Source of the DNA: Candidatus Marinacidobacterales bacterium
GTDB lineage: Bacteria; Acidobacteriota; Vicinamibacteria; Marinacidobacterales; SMYC01
DNA: 64,000 nucleotides
Reading direction: 5' to 3'
Assembly: GCA_965237955.1 (NCBI GenBank)
Contig: OZ250169.1
Span: 1,568,001-1,632,000 of the forward strand
Each line of letters opens with the position of its first letter. Positions within the stretch are counted from its first letter, which is position 1. The notes beneath the pieces are model-generated. The model was not told the DNA's origin. It saw nothing but the letters and a program-made list of their open reading frames with translations, and did no database searches. Shown in pieces: positions 61,960-64,000 of the stretch. The position numbers and the translations under genes are program-made.

Positions 61960-63573
61960 ATGTCGTTACTTCGATCTCAGATCAAGACGCGCTCCGACGA
62001 GTACCGTCAAAATTTCGATGCCAACCGTGCGCTCAACGAAGATCTCGCGCGCAAGCTCGACGAGGTCCGCACCGGCGGTAGCGCGCGCGCACGTCAACGA
62101 CATCGAGAGCAGGGAAAGCTGTTCGTGCGCGATCGCATCGCAACGCTCATCGACGAGGGCACACCGTTTCTCGAGCTGAGCGCGCTCGCCGGACACGAGC
62201 TCTACGACGATGTGGTTCCAGCGGGCGGGCTCGTCACCGGCATCGGGCTCGTTCGCGGACGTCAATGCATGATTGTCGCGAACGACGCCACCGTGAAAGG
62301 CGGGACCTACTATCCCATCACCGTCAAAAAGCACCTGCGTGCGCAGGAAATAGCTCTCGAAAATCGTCTAACCTGCATCTACCTCGTGGACAGCGGCGGC
62401 GCGTTCCTGCCGAAACAAGACGAAGTCTTTCCCGACCGCGAGCACTTTGGTCGTATCTTTCGAAACCAAGCGGTGTTGAGTGCGGCGCGCATCCCCCAAC
62501 TTTCCGCGGTGATGGGGACGTGCACCGCTGGCGGGGCGTACGTGCCCGCGATGAGCGATCAGTCGGTGATCGTCAACGGTACGGGAACGATCTTCCTCGC
62601 GGGTCCGCCGTTGGTAAAAGCCGCGACCGGCGAGGACGTGTCGGCGGAAGAGCTCGGCGGCGCGCGCGTTCACACCGAAGTTTCCGGCGTCGCCGACCAC
62701 TTCGCCGAGGACGACGAGCACGCGCTCGAGATTCTTCGAGAGGTCGTCGGTCACCTCGGAGCGCGACCCGAGACTGAGGCTGCCACGCGTTTCGAATCGC
62801 CCGAGCCGCCCGCCTACGATCCCGAGGAGATTTTGGGCGTGTGGCCACGCGACTCGAGACGGCAGGTCGACGTCCGTGAAGTGATCGCGCGCCTCGTCGA
62901 CGGCAGTCTCTTTTTCGAGTTCAAGAAGCGCTACGCGACGACGCTCGTCGCCGGCTTTGCGCATATCGAAGGCATGCGTGTGGGCATCATCGCGAACAAC
63001 GGGGTTCTTTTCAGCGAAAGCGCTTTGAAGGCAACGCACTTCATCGAGCTTTGCACCACCGAAAAAATTCCCATCCTGTTCGTGCAAAACATCACCGGCT
63101 TCATGGTCGGCGCGCAGTACGAGCGTGGCGGCATCGCCAAAGACGGCGCCAAGATGGTGCACGCGGTCGCGACCGCGCGCGTGCCCAAGTTGACGCTCAT
63201 CGTCGGCGGGAGCTTCGGCGCCGGTAACTACGGCATGTGCGGGCGCGCCTACGATCCTCGCTTTCTATGGACGTGGCCGACGAGTCGCATCTCCGTCATG
63301 GGAGGGGAGCAAGCGGCTCAAGTTCTGGTGACCGTCAAACGCGATCAACGTGCCCGCAAGAACGAGACACTCACCAGCGACGAAGCCGAGGCGATTGCCG
63401 GGCCCATCCGCGCCAAGTACGAGCGGGAGGGTCATCCTTACTATGCGTCGGCCCGGCTCTGGGATGACGGCGTCGTCGACATGCGGGCGACGCGGACGAC
63501 GCTGGCGTTGAGCCTGGCGACGGTGTTGGGCGCGCCCATCGAGGACACCAGGGTCGGCGTCTTCCGGATGTAA
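61960..63573 (+). CDS. Methylcrotonyl-CoA carboxylase beta (carboxyltransferase) subunit
   Basis: [59 protein letters not shown]. Confidence 0.92.
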   Translation: MSLLRSQIKTRSDEYRQNFDANRALNEDLARKLDEVRTGGSARARQRHREQGKLFVRDRIATLIDEGTPFLELSALAGHELYDDVVPAGGLVTGIGLVRGRQCMIVANDATVKGGTYYPITVKKHLRAQEIALENRLTCIYLVDSGGAFLPKQDEVFPDREHFGRIFRNQAVLSAARIPQLSAVMGTCTAGGAYVPAMSDQSVIVNGTGTIFLAGPPLVKAATGEDVSAEELGGARVHTEVSGVADHFAEDDEHALEILREVVGHLGARPETEAATRFESPEPPAYDPEEILGVWPRDSRRQVDVREVIARLVDGSLFFEFKKRYATTLVAGFAHIEGMRVGIIANNGVLFSESALKATHFIELCTTEKIPILFVQNITGFMVGAQYERGGIAKDGAKMVHAVATARVPKLTLIVGGSFGAGNYGMCGRAYDPRFLWTWPTSRISVMGGEQAAQVLVTVKRDQRARKNETLTSDEAEAIAGPIRAKYEREGHPYYASARLWDDGVVDMRATRTTLALSLATVLGAPIEDTRVGVFRM

Positions 63574-63576
63574 GTG

Positions 63577-64000
63577 ATGCCTAGGAAAACCACTCTGAGA
63601 ATCGCCAACGCCGGCGGCTACTGGGGCGACGATCCTTACGCGATGCGCCGCCAGGTGACAGGTGAGCTCCCCATCGACTACGTGACGATGGATTTTCTTG
63701 CCGAGATCACGATGAGCATTCTGCAAAAGCAGTTCGCCCGCGATGCGAGTGCGGGCTACGCGCGGGATTTCATCGCTCAAATCGATCCGTTGCTCGAGGA
63801 GATCTTGGAGCGCGGCATCAAGCTCATCACCAACGCGGGCGGCGTCAACCCCAAAGCGTGCGCCGACGCCCTGTTCGACGTCGCCGGCTCGCGCGGTCTC
63901 TCTCTCAAAGTCGCTGTCGTCGGTGGAGACGACGTGCGTCCGCGGCTCGACGAGCTCACGCTCGACAACATGGAGACGGGCGAGAGCTTGAATAACTATG
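63577..64000 (+). CDS. Acyclic terpene utilization AtuA (DUF1446) family protein, 3' truncated by window
   Basis: LRIANAGGYWGD, DFLAEITMSIL, GYARDF, ITNAGGVNP. Confidence 0.9.
   Translation, partial: MPRKTTLRIANAGGYWGDDPYAMRRQVTGELPIDYVTMDFLAEITMSILQKQFARDASAGYARDFIAQIDPLLEEILERGIKLITNAGGVNPKACADALFDVAGSRGLSLKVAVVGGDDVRPRLDELTLDNMETGESLNNY

Overview
A GC-rich bacterial chromosomal window. It is probably Acidobacteriota, inferred from the GWxTD protein, the TPR-secretin-N lipoprotein, the PEP-CTERM-like protein and gene order. Intact housekeeping blocks: tig(partial)-clpP-clpX-lon-engB-rho-rpmE-prfA-prmC-murA; lspA-lgt-rluD; pyrR-pyrB-pyrC; truA; uppS-cdsA-dxr-rseP; menC/NAAAR; mccB-atuA(partial). 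Accessory parts: a 12.5-17 kb patchwork of gene fragments around a complete IS256 with a 9-bp TSD; an RDD/SpoIIM/DUF4129/DUF4350/MoxR/DUF58 operon carrying a 125-bp MITE, a 242-bp tandem duplication and frameshifts; an ISL3 preceded by a highly structured non-coding region; a double-length UvrA; and an IS5 with an adjacent deletion. The most interesting unexplained structures are: (1) a perfect sigma54 promoter with TGT-N11-ACA enhancer-like boxes pointing into a short hairpin-ended non-coding segment upstream of a PEP-CTERM-like gene; (2) strand-biased hairpins upstream of ISL3; (3) a REC-linker-degenerate GGDEF protein with an intact RxxD I-site; (4) a family of 6-9-nt-period intergenic repeats; (5) a strongly promoted 62-aa basic orphan gene; (6) many apparently leaderless genes. 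Many frameshifts sit in homopolymers and may be long-read errors. No rRNA, tRNA or CRISPR array was seen. All family calls come from motif recognition, not database searches.
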